DNA of 64,000 nucleotides, taken from Mobula birostris. Taxonomy: Eukaryota. Of this stretch, positions 1 through 12,299 are shown one piece after another. Positions within the stretch are counted from its first letter, which is position 1; each line of letters starts with the position of its first letter. The stretch is from assembly GCF_030028105.1 (NCBI RefSeq), contig NC_092375.1, forward strand, positions 44,243,130-44,307,129, read 5' to 3'. The notes below the pieces were generated by a model that made no database searches, was not told where the DNA came from, and saw only the letters and a program-made list of their open reading frames with translations. The translations under genes were made by a program, and so were the position numbers.

Positions 1-669
1 GGTCACTTATCTGAGGTATGTGGTAGGACAGGGGCAGCTGGCACTGATGCAGGCTAAGGTGCAGGCTATCTCTGAAGTTCCCATCCCGACGGACAAGAGA
101 GCCCTGAGAAGGTTCTTGGGGATGGTGGGGTATTATCGGAAGTTTTGCAAAAACTTTGCGGATATTACCCTCCCTCTTACTAAGCTCTTGCCGAAGAATG
201 CGAAGTTTGTGTGGAATGACCTTTGTCAACAAGCCTTCGAGAGTCTGAAAGCGATTCTGTGTCACTACCCTGTACTGAATGCGCCTGACTTTTCAAAACC
301 CTTCTCCCTAGCAACAGATGCTAGCGACAAAGCCGCAGGGGCGGTGCTGTTGCAGACAGACAAAAAGGAAATTGAACACCCAGTGGCTTATTTTTCTAAG
401 AAGTTTAATGTCCATCAGAGAAATTATTCCACTGTGGAGAAGGAATTACTGGCAATCATACTAGCATTACAACATTTTGAGGTTTATTTGTCTGGCACAG
501 AAACCACTGATAATTTACACTGATCACAATCCATTAGCGTTTTTGGCCACAATGAAGGATAAAAACAAACGCTTATTAAGTTGGAGCCTGGTATTACAGG
601 AATTTGATATTAAGATAAAACATAAAAGGAACTGACAATGTGATTGCTGATTGTCTATCAAGGTGTTAA
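1..669 (+). mobile_element. Ty3/Gypsy pol 3' end (RT C-terminus plus RNase H, frameshifted near 500); the ORF stops right after RNase H
   Basis: ORF 20-523 has RRFLGMVGYYRKF, FSLATDASD, VAYFSKKF and YSTVEKELLAI. It continues in shifted frames as IYTDHNPLAFL...LQEFDI...NVIADCLSRC with TAA at 667-669. Confidence 0.9.
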
Positions 670-788
670 AACTTGGTTCTCTGTATTAGCTGAATAGCTG
701 ATGACTACCTGTATATTAGGGTGCATCTTATAATGTGCATTCATGCCCATAATTTTTACCCCAGTAAAAATCCTTTTAAGGGTGGTGG

Positions 789-1582
789 TGTCATGTGTGA
801 CGCCAAGCAGAGCTACCGGACAGATGATGCTAATGAGAGAGATAACGGAAGACAATGGAGAAACATTAAAAATGCTAATAAGAGAGAGATTAACATGAAA
901 GAAACACAATTCAGATATTGACAGACCATTTGCTTTGAACCTGAACTGTTTGAAGTTTGATGCACAGGTGATACCCCAGCAGGGGGACAAAAAGAGCAGG
1001 TTTGCTAAGGCACGACACGCCACGAGACCCTGGAAAGAACAGTGTGCCCCCACAAGTAGGTGGGAGTTTGGAGGACCAGTTCGCGGGAATTGGTCAGAGG
1101 CTCACAGGGTGTAAAGGTACGATCGGTGGGAACCTGGGGTGTGTGTCTGCCCCTGCCTGGGTGCTGGGTTCACCGCGGAAGAACGATAGTGTCCGGAATG
1201 GAGGGGTCACAGTCGGTGACCACAGCGGGATCAGAAGACATCAAAAGTTCTGCCTGAAACCAACTGCATCTCTCTCTCTCCCCCCGCAACGGTACAACAA
1301 CAGCGATTACTTCGAACTGCATTCAACTGAACTGAACTCTGTTTCACTTAAGACTGATCATTTTACCCCTAGACTGCGATAGAGCTTGGTTGATTCCTAT
1401 TACCCTATTTCTGTGTATATGTGTGTATTATCATTGCTAACCTGTTACATTTATATCCTTGCGATTAGTGTACTGTATTATTTATGTCTTTAATAAAACT
1501 TTATTAGTTCCTAGTAATCACAGACTCCCAACAAGCGTTCCATTTCTGCTGGTTTGGCCACCCAGTTACGGGGTACGTAACA
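789..1582 (+). mobile_element. 3' LTR of the Gypsy element
   Basis: Purine-rich tract AAGGGTGGTGG immediately before TGTCAT at 789. Ends GTAACA at 1582 (TG...CA). AATAAA near 1492. Confidence 0.75.
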
Positions 1583-1768
1583 ATAGTAAGTATATTCAGT
1601 GGAACAATAGCAATAAGCTTTCACTGAAAATAAACTTCCCAACATTACAGAATAATGGACTTAAATAGTAGAGAGGGAATGACATGCAGAAGGAGGTTGA
1701 AGGGCTCGCAGGACCTAGAAGTGAACAGGAAACACGTGGAGCAATAAGCCCATCAAGAAGGGTGTATG

Positions 1769-2086
1769 AGGGCCGGCTGGTGGCGCAATGACATCGGCGT
1801 CAGACCCAAGAGCAGAGGTTTCCGGGTTCAAAACCAGTCGGGCCTGCTCCCGAGTATGCTTTCCATCCGTGCCGGGTTGAGTGTCGAGATCGCAACTCGA
1901 CCTCGTAAAGATAAAGGGAAAATACTGCGAAATGGCTGTGTGAGGAGTGGCGCGCCACACGGTCTCGCACTCTCTCTCGCTCTATGCCTTGTAAAAAGCC
2001 ATGAAAAAGACATCATCACGGACGCACACAGATGCACAGACTCGCACACACGCAGGCACACGACAAAAAAAAATAAAGAAAGTTAA
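1769..2086 (+). mobile_element. tRNA-derived SINE with A-rich tail
   Basis: A box TGGCGCAATG (1781-1790), B box GGTTCAAAACC (1825-1835), 14-bp TSD AAGAAGGGTGTATG at 1755-1768 and 2087-2100. Confidence 0.85.
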
Positions 2087-2112
2087 AAGAAGGGTGTATG
2101 CAGGATGGTATA

Positions 2113-2246
2113 GTCAACATTTCAGGCCAAAACCCTTCAGCAGGACAGAAGGGTTCTGCTGAAGGGTTTCGGCCTGAAACGTCGACTGTACTCTTTTCCT
2201 AGATGCTACTCGGACTGCTGAGTTGCTCCAGCATTTTGTGTGTGTA
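2113..2246. mobile_element. Penelope-like element terminal remnant, inverted pair
   Basis: GTCAACATTTCAGGCCAAAACCCTTCAGCAG is the reverse complement of the adjacent CTGCTGAAGGGTTTCGGCCTGAAACGTCGAC. It is followed by the GATGCT...CTGCTGAGTTGCTCCAGCATTTTGTGTGT tail seen in many copies in the window. Confidence 0.7.
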
Positions 2247-2619
2247 GATCAGGATTTTTTAAACACTGACGTATGGAATGAAATCTGTTGTTTTGCAGCA
2301 GCAGCACAATGCAAGGAATAAGATTTAATATAAATACACGGTGTAAAAGACAAATTACAAGGTAGTGTTCATGGACTGTTCAGAGACCTGACAGTAGTAG
2401 TGGAAAGAGGGCACATTCTGAAGGGTGAAGGTCTTTAATAATGGGTGCCACATTCTTGAGGCATCACCTACTGAAGACGTCCTTGATGGCAGGGTAGGTT
2501 GTGACTGTGATGGAACTTCCTGAGTCTGCAACCCTCTGCACACTTTTGCAGTCCTTTGAACTGGAGACTCCATACCAGGCTGTGTTGCAACCATTCAGAA
2601 TGCTCTCTACTGACAGGAG

Positions 2620-3010
2620 AAGGGGCAAAGGTGGGTTACTGGCATCTTAAAACCAGTCGTTTCAGGCAGATGTGGCTTGTCAGCCGTGGTTGGCAGCTCA
2701 TCTAGAAGAAAAACTCTGATCTCGAATCTCCGCTGTCTTGCGGCTCTACCCACTTATGGGGAAGGCTTCGGGAGTAGACCCAGAGAGAAAAATCCAGACC
2801 TGGAGTTCCTAAGGCAGCCCTACTAGTTAAATACTGACTGGCAACTCGTGTGATGCTGTGGGTACCAAGCTGAATCAGTCTCTGCCATTCCTTTGGGTTC
2901 ATCCAATGCATGGAGAAGGGGAGCTTGCAACATGGGCAACAGCTTGCTCTCCATATCGTACGGCCCAGGCCTGCGTATCTACTTCAGCTAGGACGCAATG
3001 TCCATGGTCA
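2620..3010 (+). mobile_element. probable RTE-clade 5' region fragment
   Basis: Resembles RTE leader sequence from memory (GGTTGGCAGCTCATCTAG...GGGGAAGGCTTCGGGAGTA). No protein motif confirms it. Confidence 0.35.
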
Positions 3011-6000
3011 ACTCTGACAGACAGAGGCCTCAGTCACCAAATCACCTCAATCTCCTAATGAAGTAGAGCTGCTGGAATGCCTTCTTTGTGATTGTTGGAC
3101 CCAGGATATATCCTCCAAAATGTTGAAGCCCAGTAACTTGATGCGGCTCACTCTTTCCACCACTGACCCTCAGTGAGGACTAGTGTGTGTTCTCCCAACT
3201 TCTCCTTACTGAAATACACAATCAAACCCTTGGTCCTGTTGATTCTATGTGCAAGATTGTTGTTGTTACAGCACTCAATGGGCTGATTAATTTCACTCCT
3301 ATACGTCTCCTCATCACCATCTGAGATTCTGCTAACAACAGTGGCGTCATCAATTTATTGATAGTGTTTGAGCTGTGCCTAGCCACACAGTCATGAGTGT
3401 AGGGAAAGTAGAGCTTTGCACGTGCCTGGGTTGATTGTCAGTGAGCATTTATTATAACCTGCAGTGACTGTGGTCTCCCAATAAGGAAGTCGAGGGAGGT
3501 AGTGAGGCCCAGGTTTTGAAGCTCATTGATTAGTATTGGGGAGATGATGGTGTTGAACGCTGAGGCATAATCAATAAGCAACAGCCTGATGTATGTTTTG
3601 CTGTTGTCTAGCTGCTCTGAAGTCAAGTGCAGCGCTAGTGAGACTGTGTCCATTATACAGTACATCTTGTTGTGGCTGCAAGCAAATTGCAGCAGGTCAG
3701 ACAAGAGTCAATTCCAACCATGACCAACTCCCAAAGTATTTCATCACAAAATCGATGTGAGAGCTACCAGGCAAAGGTCATTTGGGTAGCTCACCTTGTT
3801 CTTCCTGGGCTCTGGTGTGCTTGATGCCCTTTTTAAAGCAGGTGGGAATCTCCGACTACAGCAGTGAGTGGCTGAGGATATCTGAAGTTGTTCGAATATT
3901 CCGGACATCCGGTCAGCACAGATTTTCAGTTCCCTGCATTTCGCCCTCTTGAAGGAAGTTCTAACATCAGGCTCTGAGACAGAGAACACAGTTGGCAGAG
4001 GCTGTGGCGATTCATATTTTGATAGTGTTATTCTATTTACAAAACATGCATAAAGGTTGTAGAGGAGTGAAGCATCATTGCCATTTATGCAGTTAGGTTT
4101 CGCCTTATAGGAAGTAATAGCATGCAAACCCTGCCATGGCTGCTGAATCTCTGTTTCTATAACTTCACAGAGTTGCCTTCTTGCTCTCACTATGGCCTTC
4201 AGTGGGCCATACCTGTACATCTCGTAGGGTCTGGATCACTGGCCTTGAGCACCACAGATCTGGCTCTGAGTAGACTGTGAATCTTCTGGCTCATCCAAAG
4301 CATCGGGTTTTAATGCTCAGTCTGTTATTGAAGGCATACACTCATCCACACAGGTCTTGATATCATATTCATACAGATCCAAAGTAATTGTATTATCAAA
4401 GTATGTATACGTTACCATATACTACCTTGAGATTAACTTTCTTGCAAGCCTTTACAGGAAAAACAGAAACACAATAGAATTTTATGAAGAACTATGCATG
4501 AACAAAGAATGACATACCAATGTGCAGAAGGCAAGCTATGCAAATATCATAATACTGAGAATGTGAGTTGTAAAGGCTCCTTGTAAGTAAGTCTATAGAT
4601 CGTAGAGTCAGTTCAGACTAGTAGTGAATGAAGTTATTCACACCAGTTCGGGAGCCTGATGGTTGAAGGGTAATAACTGTTCTGAACCTGATGGTGTGTG
4701 ACCCAAGACATCTATACCTCCTGCCTGATGGTAGCAGTGAGGAGAGGGTATGGCCTGAATGGCGGGGGTCCTTTGGTGATGACTGCTACTCTCTTATGAT
4801 AGTGCACAATGTAAATGTACTCAGTGGTGGGGAGGGCGTTGCCTGTGATTGACTGGGCTGTATCCACCATTGTTCCATTCCTGCTCATTAGTGTTTTCAT
4901 TCCAGGTCATGATGCAACCAGTTAGGAAACTCTCCACCGTGTATCTATCGAAGTTTGTCAAAGTTTTTGGTGACAAGTCGAATATACGCAAACTTCTAAA
5001 ACAATCTAGAGATGTTCTCATGCCTTCTTTGTGATGACAGTTAGGTGCTGGTCCCAGGACAGATCCTCTGATATGTTAAACACAAAATACTCTGCAGATG
5101 CTGGGGTCAAAGCAACATGCACAACACGCTGGAGGAACTCAGCAGGTCGGGCAGCATCCGTGGAAACGATCAGTCAACGTTTTGGGCCAGAACCCTTTGT
5201 CAAGCTACCGACCCTTTATCTCTCTTCCCCTGTTGACGATTGGCTCATACAGGACCTCCAGCTTCTTCCTCCCAGAGTCAATAATCAACTTCTTGGTCTT
5301 GCTGGCGTTGAGTGAGAAGTTATTGTGGCACCACTCAACCAGATTTTCAATTTCCCTCCCATACGCCAATTCGTGACCACCTTTGATTCAGCCAACAACA
5401 GTGGTGCTGTCACCAAATTCAAATATGGCAGCCAAAGATGAATCCCTGAATATGGTCCAGTCCACCAATTCAAACCAGTCATGTAAATGCTCCTCCACCT
5501 CCCTTGACCATCCTCACCACCAGTGCTGCAGTCTCAGTCTCTGCTTAAATGCTGAGAGTAGAAGTACAGCCAGGTGATCAGACTTGCCACAAAGTGTGAG
5601 CACAGTAAATGCTCTCGACACTGCTGCAACAGCGACTGAATGTGTTGGCTCCACTGGTCCCATCGGTGGCATGCTGGTGGTAGTTTGTCAGAGAATTCTT
5701 CAAGCTGGTCTGATTGAAGTACCCATGGTGATAAAGAAGGCATCTGGGTGCGCTGTCTTGTGACTGCTGATCACGGTCCTCAGTTCCTCTAGTGCCAACT
5801 TGACATCAACCAGGAGAGGAATGTACGTCGTTACCAGAATGACGGAGGAGATACAATGGACAACAGGTTGGAGGGGCAGGACTGAAACAGAACTGCCACG
5901 CTTGTGCATCACGATGAATTAATCATGATGCAAATGGCTTTAACTCAAGCTGCTGTCCAGTCCATCCAGTAGATGGTGAAGCCCTCTGTGTCTGGAGTGC

Positions 6001-6170
6001 TGGGGATGAGCTATGGCTCTGTGAAGCAGAGTACACAATCGTTCCTAACTCTCTCTGCTAATGCAATCTTGTTCTGAGGTCTTCAATTTTATCTTCCAGG
6101 GACAGTACATTAGACGGGAGGATGATAGGAAGGAGGAAAGTGGATCTTTGGGGCCTGCATTTCGGTCCTG
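3010..6170 (-). mobile_element. decayed Rex1/Babar-like LINE fragments (several pieces)
   Basis: Minus-strand peptides DTVSLALH...IRLLLIDYASAFNTI (RT), HPDAFFI and LPSNVLSLEDKIEDLRTRL (AP endonuclease start), and KTLTNFDRYTVESFLTGCI (C-terminus), with many stops. Confidence 0.65.
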
Positions 6171-6211
6171 CCCGGCTGCCACATTTCCTGAGACAATGGA
6201 GAGGTTCGTTG

Positions 6212-7316
6212 ATGTGGATAGAGAATTGGTTGGCAGACAGGAAGCAAAGAGTGGGAATAAACGGGACCTTTTCAGAATGGCAGGCAGTGACTAGTGGGGT
6301 ACCGCAAGGCTCAGTGCTGGGACTCCAGTTGTTTACAATATATATTAATGACTTAGACAAGGGAATTAAATGCAGCATCTCCAAGTTTGCGGATGACACG
6401 AAGCTGGGCAGCAGTGTTAGCTGTGAGGAGGATGCTAAGAGGATGCAGGGTGACTTGGATAGGTTGGGTGAGTGGGCAAATTCATGGCAGATGCAATTTA
6501 ATGTGGATAAATGTGAGGTTATCCACTTTGGTGGCAAAAACAAAAAAATTGATTATTATCTGAATGGTGGCCGATTAGGAAAAGGGGAGGTGCAATGAGA
6601 CCTGGGTGTCATTATACACCAGTCATTGAAAGTGGGCATGCAGGTACAGCAGGCGGTGAAAAAGGCGAATGGTATGCTGGCATTCATAGCAAGAGGATTC
6701 AAATACAGGAGCAGGGAGGTACTACCGCAGTTGTACAAGGCCTTGGTGAGACCACGCCTGGAGTATTGTGTGCAATTTTGGTCCCCTAATCTGAGGAAAG
6801 ACATTCTTGCCATAGAGGGAGTACAAAGAAGGTTCACCAGATTGATTCCTGGGATGGCAGGACTTTCATATGATGAAAGACTGGATTGGCTAGGCTTATA
6901 CTCGTTGGAATTTAGAAGATTGAGGGGGGATCTTAATGAAACGTATAAAATCCTAAAGGGACTGGACAGGCTAGATGCAGGAAGATTGTACCCGATGTTG
7001 GGGAAGTCCAGAACGAGGGGTCACGGTTTGAGGATAAAGGGGAAGCCTTTTAGGACCGAGATTAGGAAAAACTTCTTCACACAGAGAGTGGTGAATCTGT
7101 GGAATTCTCTGCCACAGGAAACAGTTGAGGCCAGTTCATTGGCTATATTTAAGAGGGAGTTAGATATGGCCCTTGTAGTTAAAAGGATCAGGGGTATGGA
7201 GAGAAGGCAGGTACAGGGTTCTGAGTCGGATGATCAGTTATGATCATACTGAATGGCGGTGCAGGCTCGAAGGGCCGAATGGCCTACTCCTGCACCTATT
7301 TTCTATGTTTCTATGT
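6212..7316 (+). mobile_element. 5'-truncated HER1-like CR1 LINE, young
   Basis: GVPQGSVLG...SKFADDTKLG RT motifs and 3' UTR GATCAGTTATGATCATACTGAATGGCGG ending (TTTCTATG)n. Almost identical to 42980-44312. Confidence 0.9.
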
Positions 7317-8644
7317 TGAGCTTCCAGCTGCTGCATTCACTCCCTGGGTGGTCTGCAGACATGAACCTGCCAGATCTGAAATTCACTAGTTCTTTAAAAT
7401 GACTCCAAACAATGGTACTCACTGCAGTCTCTGAGGCTGCAGATTTCAGCTGTGGTAAAGTGGGAATACTTGACGACTCCCTTAGGAGCTGCACACAAAA
7501 AGTCACCACTCTTTGGAGTCCCGCCGAAGGGTTTCGGCCTGATACATCGACTATACTTCTTTTCATAGATGCTGCCTGGCCTGCTGAGTTCTCCAGCATT
7601 TTGTGTGTGGTGCACCATTTTTCAGACCCTTCTTAGCAATATTAAAAAGCTTTTAACTTCTTCCAAGATTGGCCTTTAGGCAAGCTTTCAGTACAGTAAC
7701 ATAAAGACAGTCAGTGATCAGAGATGTTTGAGAAGTACATACTGGCACTATGGAATAAATCCGGAAACTTTTTTCTTCACATAGCACTACAACTCTAATA
7801 AAGAACCACCAATAAATGATAAGAACAAACTGCTGGAGATATTCAGGTCTGGATTTAGCTGTGTGGGGGCGGTTGGGGGGGGGGTTTAAAACCAGACACA
7901 ATAAAATAAACATTTTCCAGCAAACATTTGAACCATGACCTTATCATAACCAAAAACCTGCTTTGTAACAGGGGCACTCCTGCTGCAGCCAGTGAAACCT
8001 GCTAGATTATGTCATTGTCTTATCGAGACTACAATTGATTGAAATGTCACATTGATGTCTACATTGCCTCCAGCAATACAGATATGATAAGAACATAAAA
8101 TGTGGAAACAAGAGGCCATTTGGCTCTTTATACTTGTTCTGCCATTCAATGAGATCGTGGGTGATCTTTTACCTCAATGTTACTAACCTGCACCAACGCA
8201 ATATTCCTCGATTTCCTTACTATCCAAATATCACCCTATCTTGATAACTGAGCCTCCACAACCAGAAAGTTTCACATTTTGGTGAATAAATTTCTTTTCA
8301 TCCTTGTCTTGAATGTGAAACCTCTTATTTTGAGACTGTGACCCCCAACCCCACCCCCCCCCCAGCTCTAAACACTCCAATCAGGGAACATCAACAATAT
8401 CTCCTCTGCCAAATCACCTTCAGAACCTGGTCAGACCACATTTGCAGCACTGTAAGCAGTTTTGGGGCCCCATATCTAGGAAAGGATGTGCTGGCATTGG
8501 AAAGGATTGAGAAGATGTTTACAAGAATTATCCTAGGAATGAAAGAGATAACATATGAAAAGCATTTGATGGTTCTGGACCTGTACTCACTGGAGTTTAG
8601 GAGAATGGGCAGGTGGGGGGAAACTCACTGAAATCTAACAAATA

Positions 8645-9135
8645 TTGAAAGCAAACAACAGGAATTCTGCAGATGCTGGAAATTCAAGCAACACACATCA
8701 AAGTTGCTGGTGAACGCAGCAGGCCAGGCAGCATCTGTAGGAAGAGGTGCAGTCGACGTTTCAGGCCGAGACCCTTCGTCAGGACTAACTGAAGGAAGAG
8801 TGAGTAAGGGATTTGAAAGTTGGAGGGGGAGGGGGAGATCCAAAATGATAGGAGAAGACAGGAGGGGGAGGGATAGAGCCAAGAGCTGGACAGGTGATAG
8901 GCAAAAGGGGATACGAGAGGATCATGGGACAGGAGGTCCGGGAAGAAAGACAAGGGGGGGGACCCAGAGGATGGGCAAGAGGTATATTCAGAGGGACAGA
9001 GGGAGAAAAAGGAGAGTGAGAGAAAGAATGTGTGCATAAAAATGAGTAACAGATGGGGTACGAGGGGGAGGTGGGGCCTTAGCGGAAGTTAGAGAAGTCG
9101 ATGTTCATGCCATCAGGTTGGAGGCTACCCAGACT
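8645..9135 (-). mobile_element. Penelope-like element 3' end/pLTR
   Basis: Reverse strand reads AGTCCTGACGAAGGGTCTCGGCCTGAAACGTCGACT followed by the ...GATGCTGCCTGGCCTGCTGCGTTCACCAGC tail. Confidence 0.8.
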
Positions 9136-9678
9136 ATAAGGTGTTGTTCCTCCAACCTGAGTGTGGCTTCATCTTTACAGTAGAGGAGGCCGTGGATGGA
9201 CATGTCAGAATGGGAATGGGATTGAAAGGGCTGGATAGAGTGGGTGTGGAGAGGATGTTTCCAAAGAGGGAGTCTAGGATCACAGGCACAGCCTCAGAAT
9301 AGAAAGAAGTCCCTTTAGAACGGAGATGAGGAGGAATTTAGCTAGATGGAGGTGAATCAGAGGAATTTATTGTCACAGGCGGCTGTGTCTAAGTTCGTGA
9401 TTAGTAAGGGCACCAAAGATTACGGGGAGAAGGCAGGAGAATGTGGTTGAGAGGGAAGATAGATCAGCCATGATTAAATGTGGAGCATTCTCGATGGGCC
9501 AGATGGCCTAATTTTGCTTCTATGTCTTATTGCTTTCTCTAAACTCAACATTATATAAATGTAGTCTGTATAATCTCTTCTGATATGATCAATCCATTAT
9601 CATTATCATCAAAAAAAAACAGCTGACAGATTTTAAAGTGATACAAGTGCTGTTAAATACTCTGTCCTTGTCTCTTAC

Positions 9679-10415
9679 CTTCACCCTGAAGGATGCACTT
9701 GGTGGGATCAATGGTTTTTGTGGTAATGATCCCAAACACCTCAAATCCATCACACTGGCCAGCTCTCTCTTGCGAATGGAACTGAATCCAGTCATCCTCT
9801 CCGGGCGGAGTGCTGTAACTAATCTCATTCAGTTGCTTCAACCTGTTGACTACTACACACTTGGTTAACAAGATTTCCTCAGGAGAGCCATTCGTCAACA
9901 AGCTCTCTGTAAAGTCTACCCCAGTCTTGACATCTGCCAGGATTTGTTCCAACTGAATCTGATGTAGATTGAGCGAGTTCTCCTTCTGCATTTTCAGTTC
10001 TTCCAGCTCTTTCAAAAGCCTGTTCCGATGTTTCTCCAGTGCCTTGATGTAGTCCTCTGTAAAACTATTAATTTCTTCTGTTATCTTGCTCAACTGCTCT
10101 TCTAGAATCAGTCTAGAGTTGTGAATTTTTTGTATGTTCTCCTGTAGAGTACCAATACGTGGCTGTGTTTTTTTCAGAAGCTGCTTGATTGACTTGCCGT
10201 GTTGGTTAATGACATTGGCGATAAAGTCACAGTTGTGGTCTTGATGACCCACAATACAACAGTCTCTGCAGACCAGACAATCGCACGTCTCACAAAACAA
10301 CCTCAGTTCCTCTGAAGGATGAGCAGAGCACATGATGGATTGTACAATTCTCCCAGTTCCACCTTGCAGGTCCTTCAGTGCCACCAAGTTATGACTAGCA
10401 GTCGCTCTCTGCCTC
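9679..10415 (-). CDS. TRIM45: TRIM45 coding exon 2 (B-box 2, coiled coil, start of filamin-type Ig-like repeat)
   Basis: CSAHPSEELRLFCETCDCLVCRDC...QLEQILADVKTGVDFTESLLTNGS...TKTIDPTKCILQGE closely parallels vertebrate TRIM45. Acceptor TTCTTTCCACAG, donor GTAAGA, 737 bp, phase 2 in and phase 1 out. Confidence 0.93.
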
Positions 10416-11400
10416 CTGTGGAAAGAATTAGTTTTAAAACACTTCTTGACCAACTAACTACATTTTTAATAAGATTGATATCATCTTAAAATTACAATAG
10501 TTCATCAGATGGAAATAATTGAAAACTTTCAAATAACGATGAGCCAGAGTACAGGAAGGAGATAAGGAGCCTGTTACATAGAGTCATAACAATCTTCCCC
10601 TCAATGACAACAAAAGACCTGGGCACTGATTTCGCTAATAATCTGTACTGGTCTAAACACGTAGACAGCAGGGCCAAGTGCCTCTATTTCCTTCTGAGGC
10701 TAAATAATCTGACATAACCACTTTGACCCTCACTAATTTGTAGAGATGCACTTTAGAAAGCATCCTATCAGGATGCGCCACAGTTTAACATGACAGCTGC
10801 TCTCCTTTAGACTGCAAGAAACTGGAGACACAACTCAGCAAATCACAGAAACCAACTTCCGGCCCAGGGATTTATCTGCACTTCTCACTGCCTCAGTAAA
10901 GCAGTCAAAGGCCCCAACCCACACTGCACATCCTCCCTTCTCCCCCTCCCAACAGTCAGAAGATACAAAGCAGCGCCACCAGGCTCAAGGACGGCTTCCA
11001 TCCCGTTGTTAATAAGACTATTGAATGGTCCCCAAGTTATGATAAGATGGATTCATATCCTCCTTACCTCATAACCCACTTCGTTATAACCTTATTGTCC
11101 CATCTGCTGTTCACTGTAACATTATATTCTGCATTCTTTTCTTGTTTCCTCTGACCACCTCGATGCATGTCATGCAAAATAGGTTTTTCATAGTTCCTCA
11201 GTATCAAGCCAATTTACCAAACAGGTTGCTTCCTATCATTTAACTGGATGGTACCCAAACATTAAACTTTATGATGAAGAGACATCCATTCCAATACCTT
11301 TCCTCTAAGTTTATAAACTATTCTGTCTATACAAAAAACTATTGGAAGATGAATGCTAGGTGAGTGAACATAATGCAAACACCAATTCAAATAGGCTTAC

Positions 11401-11840
11401 CTGTGAGCTTTAGAGCAAAAATCGCAGAGGACTGCGGAGCAAACTTGACACCTTCTTTCAGCATCTCCGTCATTACAAAGGTCACAGACTAACTTGTGGT
11501 TGAGTCTCTTCAAACGTTCTAGTAAAACCTCGTTTTGGATCAGGTGGTTAGTGGTCAGCCCTTGCATTCCTGCCGTGGGCACATACACCTCGAAATCGCA
11601 GGCTGGGCACAGGATGCAAACCCTAGATCCTGACCTGACCTCTCTCCCTGTCTGCGGAACACAGAACTGCTCCAGGCCACTTAAGCAGTCCAAGCAGAAG
11701 GTGTGCAGGCAAGGCAGGAGCTTGGGATTCGAGTAAAAGCTTCTACAAACCAAACATTTTGTCCTGCAACTCCTTGGAGATTCTGAACTCAAGGGCGGTG
11801 CAACAGCCTTGCTCTCCAATTCTTTCTGTCTCACTGACAT
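11401..11840 (-). CDS. TRIM45: TRIM45 coding exon 1 (RING plus B-box 1)
   Basis: ATG at 11840 with A at -3. CLVC...PKLLPCLHTFCLDCL...ILCPAC and LVCDLCNDGDAERRCQVC...CDFCSKAHR. Donor GTAAGC at 11400; 440 bp, phase 2, matching exon 2. An acceptor TTTTTGTAG at 11862 implies an upstream 5' UTR exon. Confidence 0.93.
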
Positions 11841-12299
11841 TTTCACGGAGGTTTTTCAAATCTACAAAAATCAAAATTCAAGTTGCTAAGATCTCAGCAC
11901 ACCAAAAACGCAACGTTAAACTATAATAATCACTACAATTAATCGTTTAGATCTTATTTCTTCACTTGGCCTACTTCAGATCAGAATCAGTGTTATTAAT
12001 TGACCCAGATTCACGAAAGTGTTTCGGCTTTGAAACGAACCATCTGCTTCCCTCTACAATACCCAATGAAGAATATTAGAATTCTAGAATTTACTCCGTC
12101 CAGAAAAATCTAATTCACTTTTTCTTGTAGATTCTGCTGTGGGCAATTATAAGAATCAAATGTAGCCGAATAAGTACAACGTCTATAAATCACTATTGTT
12201 GAAAGTTAAAATAGTAGACAGAGATCTGTTATGGTATAACCTACTCCATCAAAATATACCCGCCGTTCTTCCCAACACTAAAATGTAAATCACATTCCC

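Noticed and set aside
7410-7480. Possible minus-strand exon (TGTGTGCAG...GTGAGT; APKGVVKYSHFTTAEICSLRDC)
   Set aside because: The splice signals look plausible, but the peptide does not resemble TRIM45 and the segment is wedged between repeat fragments.
1-9678. TRIM45 exons 3-6 (filamin repeat and C-terminus)
   Set aside because: No matching peptide was found by eye on the minus strand. The interval is almost all repeats, so these exons probably lie left of the window.
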